Source: Chiloscyllium plagiosum (lineage: Eukaryota). From it: a stretch of 64,000 nucleotides of DNA. Below are positions 1 through 12,041 of this stretch, piece by piece. The stretch's first letter is position 1. Each line of letters begins with the position of its first letter. The notes beneath the pieces are model-generated. The model ran no database searches. It was not told the DNA's origin and was given only the letters and a program-made list of their open reading frames with translations. The stretch spans positions 44,804,861 through 44,868,860 of the forward strand of contig NC_057719.1 of the NCBI RefSeq assembly GCF_004010195.1. The letters are read 5' to 3'. A program made the translations under genes and the position numbers.

Positions 1-358
1 CCTCTAGCTTACCAGTCCGTTTCATACTCTCCTCTTCACCAATATTGTCCCTCTCATTTGTATATACTGAAGAAAAGTACTCATTCAAGAATTCTCCTAT
101 TCCTTCCGACTCAATACACAGTCTCCCACTACTGTCCTTGATCGGACCTACCCTCGTTCTCGTCATTCTCATGTTTCTCACATACGCACAAAAGGCCTTG
201 GGGTTATCCTTGATCCTACCCGCCAAAGATTTTTCTTCAGCTCCCTCCTGACTATCCTGTATCCCTCCAACGCTCTGTCTGAACCTTGCTTCCTCAACCT
301 TATGTAAGCCTCCTTCTTCCTCTTCACTAGACATTCAACCTCCCTCGTCAACCAAGGT
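1..358 (-). mobile_element. CR1-clade LINE ORF2 fragment (region between endonuclease and RT), running off the window edge
   Basis: The reverse complement resembles the KENPKAF..Y / LNEYFSSVYT segment of the CR1 at 22190-22345. Confidence 0.75.
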
Positions 359-406
359 TTATGGGTGTTTGTCGGATATAAATTAACTGTTATATTTTAT
401 ATATGT

Positions 407-746
407 GGGCAGCACAGTGGCTTAGCAGTTAGCACTGCTGCCTTGCACCGCCAGGGAACTCGGTTTGATTCCAGCCTCTGGCGACTGTCTGTGTGGAGAT
501 TGCATGTTCTCCCTGTGTCTGCGTGGGTTTCCTCTGGGTGCTCTGGATCCCTCCCACTATCCAAAGATGTAGGTTAGGTGAACTGGCCATACTCAATTGC
601 CCAGGGATGTGCAGGCTAAGTGGATTGGACATGGGAAATGCAGGGTTACAGGAATAGGGTCTGGGTGGGATGCTCTTCAGGGGGTCAATGTGGACTGGAT
701 GGGCCAAATGGTCTGCTTGCACACTGTAGGGATTCTATGATTCTAT
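407..746 (+). mobile_element. HE1-type V-SINE
   Basis: tRNA-like head GGGCAGCACAGTGGCTTAGCAGTTAGCACTGCTGCC, V-domain TGTGTGGAG..GCATGTTCTCCCTGTGTCTGCGTGGGTTTCCTC, and CR1-like tail ending GATTCTATGATTCTA. Matches the other copies in the window. Confidence 0.9.
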
Positions 747-1639
747 AAATGTGTTTAGACTTCAAAAGTACTTAATTGGCTGTCAGGTACTTTGGGTCAT
801 CTGTGTGCATGGGTATTATCCTTTCAATAATACCAAGGATGGTAGTTAATCTGAACTACAGGAAGGCCTCCAGTTTATTGTGGCTCACTCTTATTTATCT
901 TTTCAGGTTCATTTACATTAATTAAAGAACCTACACCAAGAAAAGAAAATATCTTGTGTTTTTTCTCTGTGACATCCAGATATGCTCTCGCCACCGTTTA
1001 AAATTCTGCTTCTTAGTCTTTCTCCTTCTCCACATTTAAGATTCTGCTCAGAATCCATCTTTTGTTGCTCACTCCTACTCACATCTCTTCATTTGATTTT
1101 CTTCTGATTGCATTTCTGTAAGATGCTTTAGGCAGTTCATTCGACAAGAAATGCAAGTTGCTGTTGTTTTGTCTTCATGCCTAGCAATTGAGACCATGCT
1201 GAAATGCTGGGAGTTTGAAGAAGATGTAAATGTTTCACAGCTAAAGAGCCACCTTCCATCCCAGCTTGTCCTTGGGTAAACTGACAGTTATGTCAGCTTG
1301 CATTAGGGGAATAATTTTTCTGAATGGGCATGATGGGCAGAATCCTCCAAGCCAAACCAGAGCTTTTATAAGGGTAACTGGGCGAACCTAATTAGCTGGG
1401 AGATAAAATTTCAGTTTCCCAATGATGGGTTAAAGCTTTGGTATTAGTTTCTCGTAACCTCTCAGACAGATTGGCTTTTCAGGCCTCAATGGTTGGGAAC
1501 GTATTTTGCATTTCTTAGCATAGCTATGAATATTCATTGACACCCAGACAATGAAATTACACTCATAGGTACAATCTTATCAGCCAAACATGAGAAACAA
1601 AAGTTTCACAAACCCAATGCTATATAAGGCATTCACCTG

Positions 1640-2100
1640 GCATGAATACATATGAAAATATGAACATAAAAGCAGGAGTAGGCCAGTTGAGGCTTCACTG
1701 CCATTCAATACAATCAGGGCTGATCACCCGCTTCATTGTCTTTCTCCCACACTATCTCCATATCCCTTTATTTCCATTGGTATTTAGAAATTTGTCAATC
1801 TTTTCTTTAAACATATCCAATGTATGAACTTCCTCAATTGTCCAATTTCTAAGATTCACAACATTCTAAGTAAATAAATTCTCCTCATCTTAGTCTTGAG
1901 TGGCTTTCCCCTTATTCTAGAGTTGTGCCCCCAGTTCTACATCGCCTAACCAGGTGAAACATCTTATCATTCACATATCAATCACTGATATATACTGTAT
2001 TGTGAACAGCTGGGGTCCAAGTACTGATTCTTGTAGTCCCTGCCAAAGTGAGAATTTATTCCTACTCATAATTTTCTATCTGTTAGCTTAACCATTATCT
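1640..2100 (-). mobile_element. Old CR1 3'-end fragments
   Basis: GAACATAAAAGCAGGAGTAGGCC... is the reverse complement of the CR1 3' ends at 15560-15655 and 17440-17515. Confidence 0.6.
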
Positions 2101-2244
2101 AATCAAAACTTATTTCAACAATGCTAGCGATCCTGTGCAGACTTCTTTCTCTAAGTCTGGTTTCTAGGCTCATTCATAACCAAGCCATTTTTTGTTGTGT
2201 AGTTTAAGGGGAAAATCCACTCCATGTTAACAGCTCACAATTTA

Positions 2245-2490
2245 TTTTGTTCATTTGGGGGACTTCTGTGTGTCACTGGCTGGCCAGCATTGATAGCCCA
2301 TCCTTATTGCCATTGATAAGGTGGTGGTGAGCTGCCTTCTTGAATCGCTGCAATGCTTCTGTTGTGGGTTGACCCGCAATGCTGGTGGGGAGGGAATTCC
2401 AAGATTTTGACCCAATGACCGTGAAGGAACAGCGGTATATTTCCAAGTCAGGATGGTGAATGGCTTAGAGGGGAACTTGCAGGTCTTGCA
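2245..2490 (-). mobile_element. Non-LTR retrotransposon 3' end (CR1/L2 group)
   Basis: CTGGCTGGCCAGCATT..GCCC..AAGGTGGTGGTGAGCTGCCTTCTTGAATCGCTGCA is the reverse complement of the element ending at about 52095-52195. Confidence 0.6.
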
Positions 2491-3944
2491 TATCTAGTCT
2501 TGCTTGTTACAGTTAAGCACTTGCAGTGAAGGCTGACTGGGCCCATTAGCTTGCCCAAGTGAACCAGCCACATGGTTTGACACCAGCAAATCTGACTGGG
2601 CCAAACAAGAAACTGAAAAGGAGTCTGAAATGAAAAGGGGCAGTGTTGAAAGCCTTCACAGAAAGATGAGCTCGGCGAAAAGGAATGGAAGGAAATGGAA
2701 CTTAAAAGGTATGGATTCTGGGGAATGCATGGAACAACCTGGATTGTAGACGGAATAATCACAATGATGGGTCAATTGGGAGAAAAAAGAGTGGGAGCTG
2801 CATATTCAGGCTGGGGAATCTGTGTGATACTTGTGTGCTGGGGAGTGAATAATGAGTAGGTGAACTGAACAAAGGGGTAGTGTAAGTTTAAAGGTTATCA
2901 GAGGGACCTGGTTGTGAGTGGGATTGGGGAAAGCAAGAATTTGAAGGGAAACAGGAAAAGAATGGATATCCACAGGGGAGATTGAAGAGGAACAGAGGAG
3001 ATGTCAGTGGGAAGAAGCCAGTCCATAATTATGAGGTGATGGTATATTTCAGAAGAGAGTAATGGTGAATGATTCAAAGGAAAAATTTACAACCACTGTC
3101 TTTCTCTAAATTGGTTTTCAAAATAAGGCCTCTCAAGGAATGCACAATGAAATGTGAAGGTCCCAGATCTGTTTGCACACATTCATGCTGAAGAACTTGA
3201 AAAAGAACCTGAAAAATACCAATGCATGATCACTCGGTTAAGGGTTTTGCGCTGCAAGGGAGCACTCACAGCAAAATAAGTGTAAATAATCTCTTACTAC
3301 TCCATATTCCAACATCGTAGCCTTGTCTTATAGTTCATTAACCATTGAGAAAGACACCAAAGGATGGCCAGCAATGCTAATAGTGTGAGGTGGAGCTTGT
3401 TATCTATGCAGCCATGCAGGAGCATTCACAGGCCTGTTTATCTAAAAAGTAAGGACATGGAGATAAAAATGTTATGTAGGTTATAGATTTCAAGGTTGAA
3501 GGGCTGTATTGCAGGGATAATAATATGCATCGAGAGTTAGATTGGGTTAACTGCCACTTGCATAAAATGTAACATAAAGATCAAGGCTACAAATATACAC
3601 ATGACTGCACTAGGAAGAGAAAGCCCATCAATGATCTTGGAAGATGCACTTCAGCACGTTCAGATAGCTGTAGGGTAGGCTTTCATCCAAGTCATGGGCA
3701 GCCTGATATGGGTCTCAAGGGTAGATTGACTGTGTCAGGATCTCAAATGGAAAACAAACATCTCCTTCATGATATTATTCACAGATCAGTACTTCCATGT
3801 TTCACCAACATAAGCCAGCAGCTATATTAGCCTTACTATGGTTAAAAAGAATAAGGATGAAGAGAGAGGGATGAAGGATAAACACAGAACCAGGGATAAG
3901 AGACTCAAGAGACTGCAGCTGTAACCAGGATCTTCAGTGTCGAA

Positions 3945-4930
3945 AAGCAGAGTACTGATAGCGGGTGTGCCTAAGGTATTGCAGATGATCAAACGGTAGT
4001 GTCAGACACATTTTCACATGACTAGAGAAGCTTTCGCCTATATCCTGCCATTGGATATGTAGTTGCAAAGCTTGGGAGGCAGCACCGTGCCTGTGGTGCT
4101 GAAGATTACAGAACATTTACCTTACTACCCACTGACTCCTTTCAAACCACAACTGAGGACATGTGTGGCATCTCTCAATCAGCAGCCCAAAATGTATTCT
4201 TGAGTTCACAAATTCTCTTTACAAGTCAGCAATGTAGTTTGGCCAGATCATCACAGGTTAAGGCATCCTTGCTGCCTGAACCATCAGATTTACAGTCATC
4301 GTTGAGTTCCTTCAAGTTCAAAGGGCTATTGACTGCAAAATGTAGTGCTCAGAATTTTTCGGCAGCAACCAGTTAGAATCATAAACAGGAAGGGATTGCA
4401 GTCCCTCAATGTCCAGATCATTTGTAACCAAGAGCAGCAATTCCTGCAGATGTGCACCTGCTGTCCAGGGAGCTGTCATGAATCTTACATTCTGCGCAAC
4501 TCCCAGGTTTCTCGAATGTTTGCTCCCCATATCATCTCCCCAGCTGGTCTATGAGTGATAAGGGATGCTCTCGAAAACACGGTTAATTATCCTATTGTAC
4601 AACCTTCAGACTAATGCCAAACTGTGCTACAATGCTGCCCATGCATCCACTAGGGCTATCATTAGACAGAGGTAAAAACAATGACTGCAGATGCTGGAAA
4701 CCAGATTTTGGATGAAGGGCTTTTGCCCAAAATGTCGATTTCGAAGCTCTTTGGATGCTGCCTGAACTGCTGTGCTCTTCCAGCACCACTAATCCAGAAT
4801 CCTATCATTAGACAGACAATTGATATTCTGAAGATTGCCTGGACTATTCAGGCAGAGAACTCCAGTACTTTCTGGACAGGGTTAGTGATTGTACAGAGTG
4901 CAGAAAATAATTCAGCTCAATGATGATCTG
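3945..4930 (+). pseudogene. Decayed PIF/Harbinger (HARBI1-like) DDE transposase, interrupted by a Penelope-like insertion at 4671-4801
   Basis: Collinear motifs across frameshifts: VPVVLKIT..DSFQTTTEDMCGISQSA, QVQRAIDC, NRKGLQSLNVQIICN, CPGSCHESYILRNS, (S)DKG, CYNAAHASTRAIIRQTIDILK. These match the HARBI1-family GAIDCTH / NRKGFHSINVQ / PGSVHDS / GDSGY / YN.AH..TR..IE..FG.LK motifs. Confidence 0.9.
4671..4801 (-). mobile_element. Short Penelope-like fold-back insertion (family A)
   Basis: Perfect 15-bp TSD CTATCATTAGACAGA (4656-4670 / 4802-4816). Sequence matches 13171-13287, with its terminal ~35 nt inverted. Confidence 0.85.
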
Positions 4931-6902
4931 AGAACTTAGAAGAGAGACAGATGAATCAGTCACTTGTCCCCTCAGACATGGAGATCTGACTGAGATGCTG
5001 AGGGTGAGAAAACTGAAGATGACGATGCTGAGAATGCCAATGGAGTAGACGGACTGTGCCTGGATTTGAGGGTGAATAGCTTTGCATTTTCATTTATGGA
5101 CCCTGAGAACAATGTGCCAATTATAGTGGAGAGGTGGTCCTGCCCTCAAGGGAATGTATGGTTTATAACTTTAAGACTTTAACTTACTTTGATTAGCATG
5201 AATTGAAAAATAATTTCTTCCCTTTACACCAATAACTCCTGTTCAGTTTTGTGGCCAGAGGGTCAGTACAGCATTATGCAGGATTGCAAGGAAACTGATC
5301 TTCTCTGTCTGAGATTTTCACTTGTAAGGGGTATTCATTAATGCTAAGAAATGAGGTGCTAAACTATGCTGACTGATTCTCGAAACCCTGCCGTCTAGCT
5401 TAAAGTCTCGCTACCTGAGGTTATGTTTCTCCAAGAGGATAACAGTGAATGAAAGCCTCAGTGCTCATCACACTGCTGCACATGATGTGCATGTGAGTAT
5501 ATGGTGATCAGCATCCTCAAAATGGTTTACAAGGAAAATATAACAGTCCGATGCCTTAACAGATTGAAAGAGGCTCAGCACTTTTGTACAAGATGCTGTA
5601 TTTATTTCAAATGAAATGTTGTCCAGAAGGTTGACACCCAAAGCGTCTTTAATGTTCTTTATTCTTTTTTCTCCTACCTTTGGTGTCTTAGTGTCACCTT
5701 GGTAGCGGCATCTGAGCTTGAAGAAGCCTGCTGACTGCTTTATTACCTTATTTCAGAGAGCTTTGACAGGCATCCTCTGGTAATCCGGGATCTTCAGGGA
5801 TCCAGCCTGTTGGTGACCTCCTGCACAGGTACAGGCGCAACCTCCCCAGCCAAACCAGTTGGAGTATTTCCATCCTCTGTTTGAGTAGATGCAAATCAAC
5901 AAAGCATCATGTTATGTGTGTGCCTGTTCATCCTGAAGGCATGTTTTATTGTATCCTTTTCCCATGTACACTCGTGAAAAGCTATCAGATATGCCTAGTC
6001 TCCCAGTTGTGATGTAAGCTGATGATGTGTGAGCTGCTGAGTGTTGTAGCTCCTTTTATGTTTTAGGTGTGAACCCTGGCAGAATCAGTATTACTGCACT
6101 GCAAGAAGTGCTACATTGGTAGCTGCAATGAATTGACAGACACTGGTTACACAGGGAATATGATGGAGATGCCTGGCATCCAATATTATCTATGACATTC
6201 CTATGTTGATACCTTTACAATCTAACTCATACGATATGAATCATTGACTATACAATGGTACCGACCCTGGCAGGGTGCAGCAGGTCATTGATCCATTTAT
6301 TGCCCTGGAGCTAAGTTCTCTTGAGTTCCACACAGGCACTGACATCTGCAACTCTGTCCATTTATCTTCATGAGTCAGGATGGGCTTCTGTTGTCATTCA
6401 CAGAATAAAGTTTTTCCCTTTCTTTCCTGGTCAGCGTTGCAGTACCACAAGGTACATGGTGAAAGCATGGTGGTGTTTTTTGCTGAGTCGCTGAGTTCTC
6501 TAGGGCTTGAAGTGATGAGCTGAGGCCAATTACTAGTCCTGTGTTGCAGTGAATGAATTGCTGTCTAGGTGTCATTTCAATGTGGCACCTGCCTACTGTA
6601 GTCCAGAAGGTCCTAGCACTGGTGGGTAGGAGGCTACAGAAATTCCTGCCTGTAAAATTTGGCATCTTATCCATGCATAAGAATGCATTGAACTGACAAG
6701 TATGCAATTGTCTGAGTAAACCTGCCTCCCTCCTGAGCATGGTACCTCCCATTTTTAGATCCACTTCCACACAAGGTTCTGTCTTAGATGAGAGCTTCAG
6801 ATTAAAGTTGCAGAGTTAAATTATGCTCTGGAGCAGTATGAGTGTGCATGAAACCTGGGGCTATTTGGTGAGGAATCAGTTAGAAGCCTCCATCATGATG
6901 TG

Positions 6903-7183
6903 CTGAAAATGTGTTGCTGGAAAAGCGCAGCAGGTCAGGCAGCATCCAAGGAGCAGGAGACTCGACGTTTCAGGCATGAGCCCTTCTTCAGGAATGAGGA
7001 AAGTGTGCCAAGTAGGTTAAGAGACCTTTTATCTTAACTTGCTTGGCACACTTTCCTCATTCCTGAAGAAGGGCTCATGCCTGAAACGTCGATTCTCCTG
7101 CTCCTTGGATGCTGCCTGACCTGCTGCGCTTTTCCAGCAACACATTTTCAGCTCTGATCTCCAGCATCTGCAGTCCTCACTTT
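6903..7183 (+). mobile_element. Penelope-like fold-back insertion (family A) forming a ~120-bp-arm hairpin
   Basis: Perfect 15-bp duplication CTCCATCATGATGTG (6888-6902 / 7184-7198). Arms 6902-7022 and 7032-7152 are reverse complements with about 3 mismatches. Confidence 0.9.
7057..7096 (+). ncRNA. Putative minimal type-I hammerhead ribozyme motif (mirror copy on the minus strand at 6964-6991)
   Basis: CTGAAGA-A-GGGC-TCAT-GCCT-GAAAC-GTC at 7063-7090: CUGANGA box, stem II, GAAA box, palindromic ACGU stem III and a GUC triplet. Stem I is weak in this copy. Confidence 0.65.
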
Positions 7184-7599
7184 CTCCATCATGATGTGAA
7201 ATGGTAACAAGGAAGCATTTTGTGGCCTGCACACTTTGCCTGTCTATTTGATTTAGGGTAATGCTGGCTCTCTTTAACTTTGCGGATCTTCTAAATCCCA
7301 TTGTCACCCACTTCTTGCCAATAGCCTGGCCATCTCGTTTGTGCCTGAAATAATAAAGACACACCTTTTGTTGTTTTAGCTTCCACTAGTACCTCCACAA
7401 CTCTATTTGCAAATTGAAGTTGCATCATCCTTTTCACGGCATCATTGAAGTGACTCCTTTAAACAGGACCTTCCACTTTTAAACGATGCTGTCAACTTCC
7501 AGAGGTGCAATATGTGTGATCCCCTCCTCAGGGTCTTATTGCTTTTTAAACCGCTTATTGAAAATGTCCCTGAAGCGTGTATGAAATTCAAGAAAGGAG

Positions 7600-9150
7600 G
7601 ATGGGAGGGATGGGGGTGTGGTTTTGAAGCTAACTACAGATCCAGAACCTTTACTGACTGACGGTTGAAGATTCTTTAGATATCTGCAGGGGAATATTTC
7701 ATTGTCTAGAAACGACGAGGAGCAAGCAGGCATATGCAAAGAAATAGGTGTTGCAAAACAACTTTTGGGGAGGAAAGTCCAAGTTAAAGGTCACGTAATT
7801 GTTGTAAAACACACTGGATTCCGCTCTCCGTTCATGACACTGCGAAGGCAAGCTCATTCTAAGTTCTTTGTACGTGTTTATATGAACACAGAAGTTGCTG
7901 CTCTGCCAGTGAAACTGGGCAGTAAATCGACAAAAAAATCTGAAAGCAAACCAAGGCTACTTAATGAAATATACCTGGGCGGGAGACAGAGCGGGTCATA
8001 ATTTATTGCCACATTAGAAAAGTAGTAAAGTAGGTTTCCCCACTTTTGTTGCCAAATTCTAACCTTGGCGTTCGCCACAAAAATAGGAAAATGATTTATA
8101 CCCCCCCCCCCCTCCATGGCAGCTCCAACACGCCTTTCAGATCGTGTGATCATCCTTTGGAGGAGTGTTCATATTACAGCCTTAGGGTGTAACATATACA
8201 AGTCTGTCTTTGTAACATGTTAGCAGATGGAGCTATTAAAGTTCAGCATAATGATTCGACGGAAATAGCCTTCATCTGATTTCTAAAGCTCGGGTGGAAA
8301 TAAAACTTATTTAAGCCAAATCATTTTTCTAAAAAAAAGGAATGTTTCTAATTCGGTACAACCAAGAACAAAAGGCAATAAATCAGGAACCCTGCCCCCA
8401 CCCGATTTGGTTGTGGAAAATATTCCGAGCTGGTCTGTGAGAGTATGTTAGTGTGAGATTGGTTTCAGAAGGCTGACAGTAAAGGTGCAGAGATGGCCGG
8501 CCCGGAATGAAATCCTTTCTCATGTACTGTACACATGAAAGCTCTGGCACACGAAGCCAGACAGGAGATGGCATGTTAGGGAGTGGAACATACCAACAGT
8601 ACAACCAACAGAGGGGAACACATCAGCAGGAGCTTGGAAAATGCACCAATGAGTTCACCCGGCACAAATGTATGCGGGACTCCGAGCAGGGGAAAGGAGG
8701 AGAAACCACACGATATGACTAGTCTTCGTGTCTTTCCTGAAAGTGTTTGAAAACACACGTGAGCAGCAGCTTCCCCCCGGTTCTGTCCAACATATGTCTA
8801 AACACACCCGTAGACCGCATGTGTTCTGTTCCTACTGGACTATCAAAGATGTGGCTGTGAAGTTTGCAGCAGCTCCTGTAACTGTTCCTTTCCTGAATTC
8901 AGTGACCGAATACCGAAAGTGCTGAGGAGGTGAGCTCCAATAATCAGTTCTTTTCCTGGCATCCAGCGGCGAGTACTTTTACTGAGGGGGAGTGAGCGCT
9001 TGTTTTACTTTGACTCTTCGCTTTCTGTTTTACTGTGGGCTTCATGGAGCTACTTTAATGTTACAGGGTGGTTAAAAGAAATCTTTGGGATATTGCTTAT
9101 ACAGTTGTAATCAGGCGGGGCGGGGCGGGGGAGAAGAGAAAGTTATTTAG
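7600..9150 (+). promoter_or_regulatory. Candidate FRMD6 promoter region
   Basis: Visibly CpG-richer than its flanks, with no recognisable repeat. Tandem GC boxes GGCGGGCGGGGCGGGGG (~9114-9131), E-box CACGTG (8756-8761), TEAD-type GGAATG at 8339-8344 and 8504-8509. It lies upstream of, and on the same strand as, the FRMD6 ATG exon, which begins with a splice acceptor. Confidence 0.5.
8730..8929 (+). other. FRMD6: Candidate non-coding first exon of FRMD6 (5' boundary is a guess)
   Basis: Good donor GAG|GTGAGC at 8929/8930 inside the CpG-richer region. No transcript evidence is available. Confidence 0.35.
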
Positions 9151-11622
9151 TGGAGATGCTGCTCTTTTAAAAGTATTAGTGTTGCCTGCGAAACTTTACT
9201 GTTAGTGCATTCATTATCGGAATATTTATTGAATATATGTTACTCTTGATTGAGGAGGAGTTCTATATATTATTTCACAAACCGTACAACCTTAAAGAAT
9301 CTGAGGGACAAATGTTCCCTTTGGCTCCTGATTAGAAACCTTGTCCTCCTTGTGGGTTCTGCTGTACCTCGTCAATTCCAACCAGCCCCTAGAGGGTACA
9401 GTTGTATCATCCGACAGTATTTTTAGATTCACAGTCACCAAATACATTTACTATGATCTTTATTTTCTATAACATTACTTTGCACTTTGATTCCGATCTA
9501 TCTTCCAACGACATTTAAGAGTCTGTTAGGCTAGCTTCCTTCAATGCCGCAGGATACAATTTATGCGATTAGTCACTTCTGCTAAGGGACTACATGTGGC
9601 TTAATTTTTAAAGAATGCTAGTCATTTCCTTTCTGAGATTTCTGGGAATTAATTTTTTTCCCCTTCTACCGATGAAAACAGCAGTTGCTGCTTGGGACAT
9701 TTTCTGGGCTGCAAGCTGTCTGTAAACCTTTGTATTTTAAATATCGTGTGTTCATTGCAGGGCTTTTAAATAACAACTGTTTGAAGTATTCATCTGTTCG
9801 TTTCAGCCAGTTATTAGAACGAGGAACCAGGTTTTTTGGGAAGGGGAGAAAATGTAACGAAGCTGAGTGTCAGACTACAACCATCCAACCTACCTTTAAT
9901 TGTATTGAAATTCAGTGTTTAAATTGCTATGCTTGATTCTATTGGAGCCCGTGAGAAGTAAAATCCTATAAGATTCATTGTCAAATCTTCAAGTATCCAA
10001 TAGAACCATACACAGTTTTGAATAGACGGTCCCACTGAACCTTTGATAAGGCTGGTGCATGTGTAGGTATGTTGTAATCACTAATTAATTTAATGTGACT
10101 TTTTAATGACTTGATTCCTGCAACAAGAGAAAAGCTTAGAGGCCTTTGCTTGCTGCAGAGCTTTTGACTTGCCCATTTAGACACTACAGGAAGCCAACCT
10201 TTTTTTCCCAGTGTTCATGGATGTGTACAGAAGGGCACAGGAAATCTCTTTTCTCTTTATCTGCTGCATTGTAACAGTCAATTAAAGCTGACTTTAATTC
10301 TACCTAGTAATGCCTCTAGGGTGGTACTGCTGTTTTTAGAAAATAGTATGTTAATGCCACATATAGACTAAAGAGGAAGGTTAAGCTTTCCCTGAGAGTG
10401 ACATTCTTTTTCAATCGAAATGCCTTAGCTTCTTGTAATGGGAGTTTATTTTGATCATGTGTCACAGATCTGAAGAAGTTGTACTGACTATCTTTTGAGA
10501 TACATTATTTTAAACAATGGAGACTGTCAGTTACTGATGGACACAGTGTAGCAAAGTCTTATTGCTGGTATTTCTTATAGTATATGGTAAAGATAAAGTT
10601 CAATGAATTAAAAACACATTGATCAAGAATGTGAGTGGATTGAAAGTAGGGGCCTCAACTGATGGCTGCTTCACATGTGGTACTGCCTTGCTATGGTCAT
10701 ATGCATCAGGATTGTGTTGATAACTTAGTTTGCTTTTGTTCATGTTTTTAAACACTATTCGGATGATTAGGATGTTCTTTCTTTCATGATCATGTATCTA
10801 GAAGCCACAACTCTGATATTATGTGCAGCTATTATTTTAGTGCTAGTGGTTCTCATGTGAAATACGTAAATGTAGATATAGTTGAACACTTTTAGCTTGC
10901 TTGGCGAGTTGTAACATGACTTTTGTAGAACAAACCATGAATGCCTGGAGCACTGCAGTTGCTTTTAGTTCTATCATGTTTAATTGTTTTCAAACCTTTT
11001 TAAATATTTTCTAAAAATCTCTAAATGAAAGCGGTATTTATGACTGTAGAATTTCTCTTCATAGTGAAGTGACACGTCACTGGGGGAGATGGGGAATTGT
11101 AAGAAATTTAGAAGCAGTGTGTTGAATTTTTCAAAGTAAGCAGTTACTAGGGACCTTGATTTTTTTTATTATTAATTTTAGAATTGTTAAAAGCCATTGT
11201 GTTCTGAGTCGACTGCACCAGCTTTCATGCTTATATGCTGCTGATTCCTTTACCAAATAATAATCACTTGACAGTTCTTTAGAATTATTTTAATGTATTT
11301 CTAGATTGATGTGTGAATATTTCCTGTATAATCAGATTCTGAACCAGATATATTGTTTTAATGTTAGCTGAAGCTCTTAACATTGGAATCCACTTGATTT
11401 CTAATCAATCAACAATAGATATTGTTTGGACCAAATGGATGCATTACTCTCTCCTACAGGTAGTACAACATAATTAAATTATTCACTGGAAAATTATGGA
11501 AATGTGTCAGGGAACTGTTTATAAAGTTTTGGAAAATTCCTGTTTGATTGTTTGGAGGGCACAGGTCATCTTTATTAGTTCAAATCTTATGCCTTGCTCC
11601 TTACACAACTTGTAATTATAGA

Positions 11623-11721
11623 CATGACATGGACAGATGATGAAGGAGCGGCGCTCCAAAAGCTAGTGTGCTTCCAATTAAACCTGTTGGACTATAACCT
11701 GGTGTTGTGTGATTTTTAACT
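11623..11721. mobile_element. Minimal Penelope-like insertion (family B) with a decayed hammerhead core
   Basis: 13-bp TSD TTGTAATTATAGA (11610-11622 / 11722-11734). Core TGATGA-A-GGAGC-GGC-GCTCC-aAAAG-CTA. Same family as 59393-59675. Confidence 0.8.
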
Positions 11722-11865
11722 TTGTAATTATAGAGCACCTCTTATGTAGTAAATTATCGTAAGATGCTTGATGAGAGTGCATTCGAATTAAAATTTAACA
11801 TTAATATCACATGATTTCAAGACAGATGACCAAAAGCTTCAGTAATGAGACATGTTTTAAGGAGA

Positions 11866-12041
11866 GTTGCAAAGTGTGGTGCTGGAAAAGCACAGCAGGT
11901 CAGGCAACATCCGAGGAGCAGGAGAGTTGACATTTCAGGAATAAGCCTTTATCATTCTTGATGCTGCCTGACCTGTTGTGCTTTTCCAGCACCACACTTT
12001 ATGACTCTGATGTCCAACATCTGCAGTCCTCACTTCCCCCT
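11866..12041 (+). mobile_element. Penelope-like fold-back insertion (family A)
   Basis: Inverted arms AAAGTGTGGTGCTGGAAAAGCAC..CAGGTCAGGCA and TGCCTGACCTG..GTGCTTTTCCAGCACCACACTTT, then the CATCTGCAGTCCTCACTT tail. Degraded TSD ATGTTTTAAGGAGA / ATGTTCTAGAGAGA. Confidence 0.8.

Larger units (their letters stand above)
5600..7450 (-). pseudogene. Possible remnant of the Harbinger second gene (Myb/SANT-like DNA-binding protein)
   Basis: It lies where the convergent second gene of a Harbinger element would be. The minus strand near 7420-7290 reads FANRVVEVLVEA...YWQEVG, weakly like the F...LE.L..A / W.E.A helices of Myb-like transposon proteins. Heavily decayed. Confidence 0.3.

Noticed and set aside
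3945..4930. Domesticated host HARBI1 gene
   Set aside because: Multiple stops, frameshifts and a retro-insertion show it is a dead transposon copy.
6902..7152. miRNA precursor or DNA-transposon MITE
   Set aside because: The 15-bp TSD, asymmetric ~35-nt tail and homology to GIY-YIG-linked sequence at 18862-19678 point to a Penelope-like retro-insertion.
8100..8112. Poly-C/poly-G runs (also ~33950, ~44118, ~48845)
   Set aside because: Simple homopolymers with no supporting structure, and their length is unreliable in assemblies.
7702..8925. Short ORFs (65-99 aa) in the CpG-richer region as coding exons
   Set aside because: No recognisable protein similarity and no consistent splice structure. 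Short ORFs are expected by chance in GC-richer DNA.
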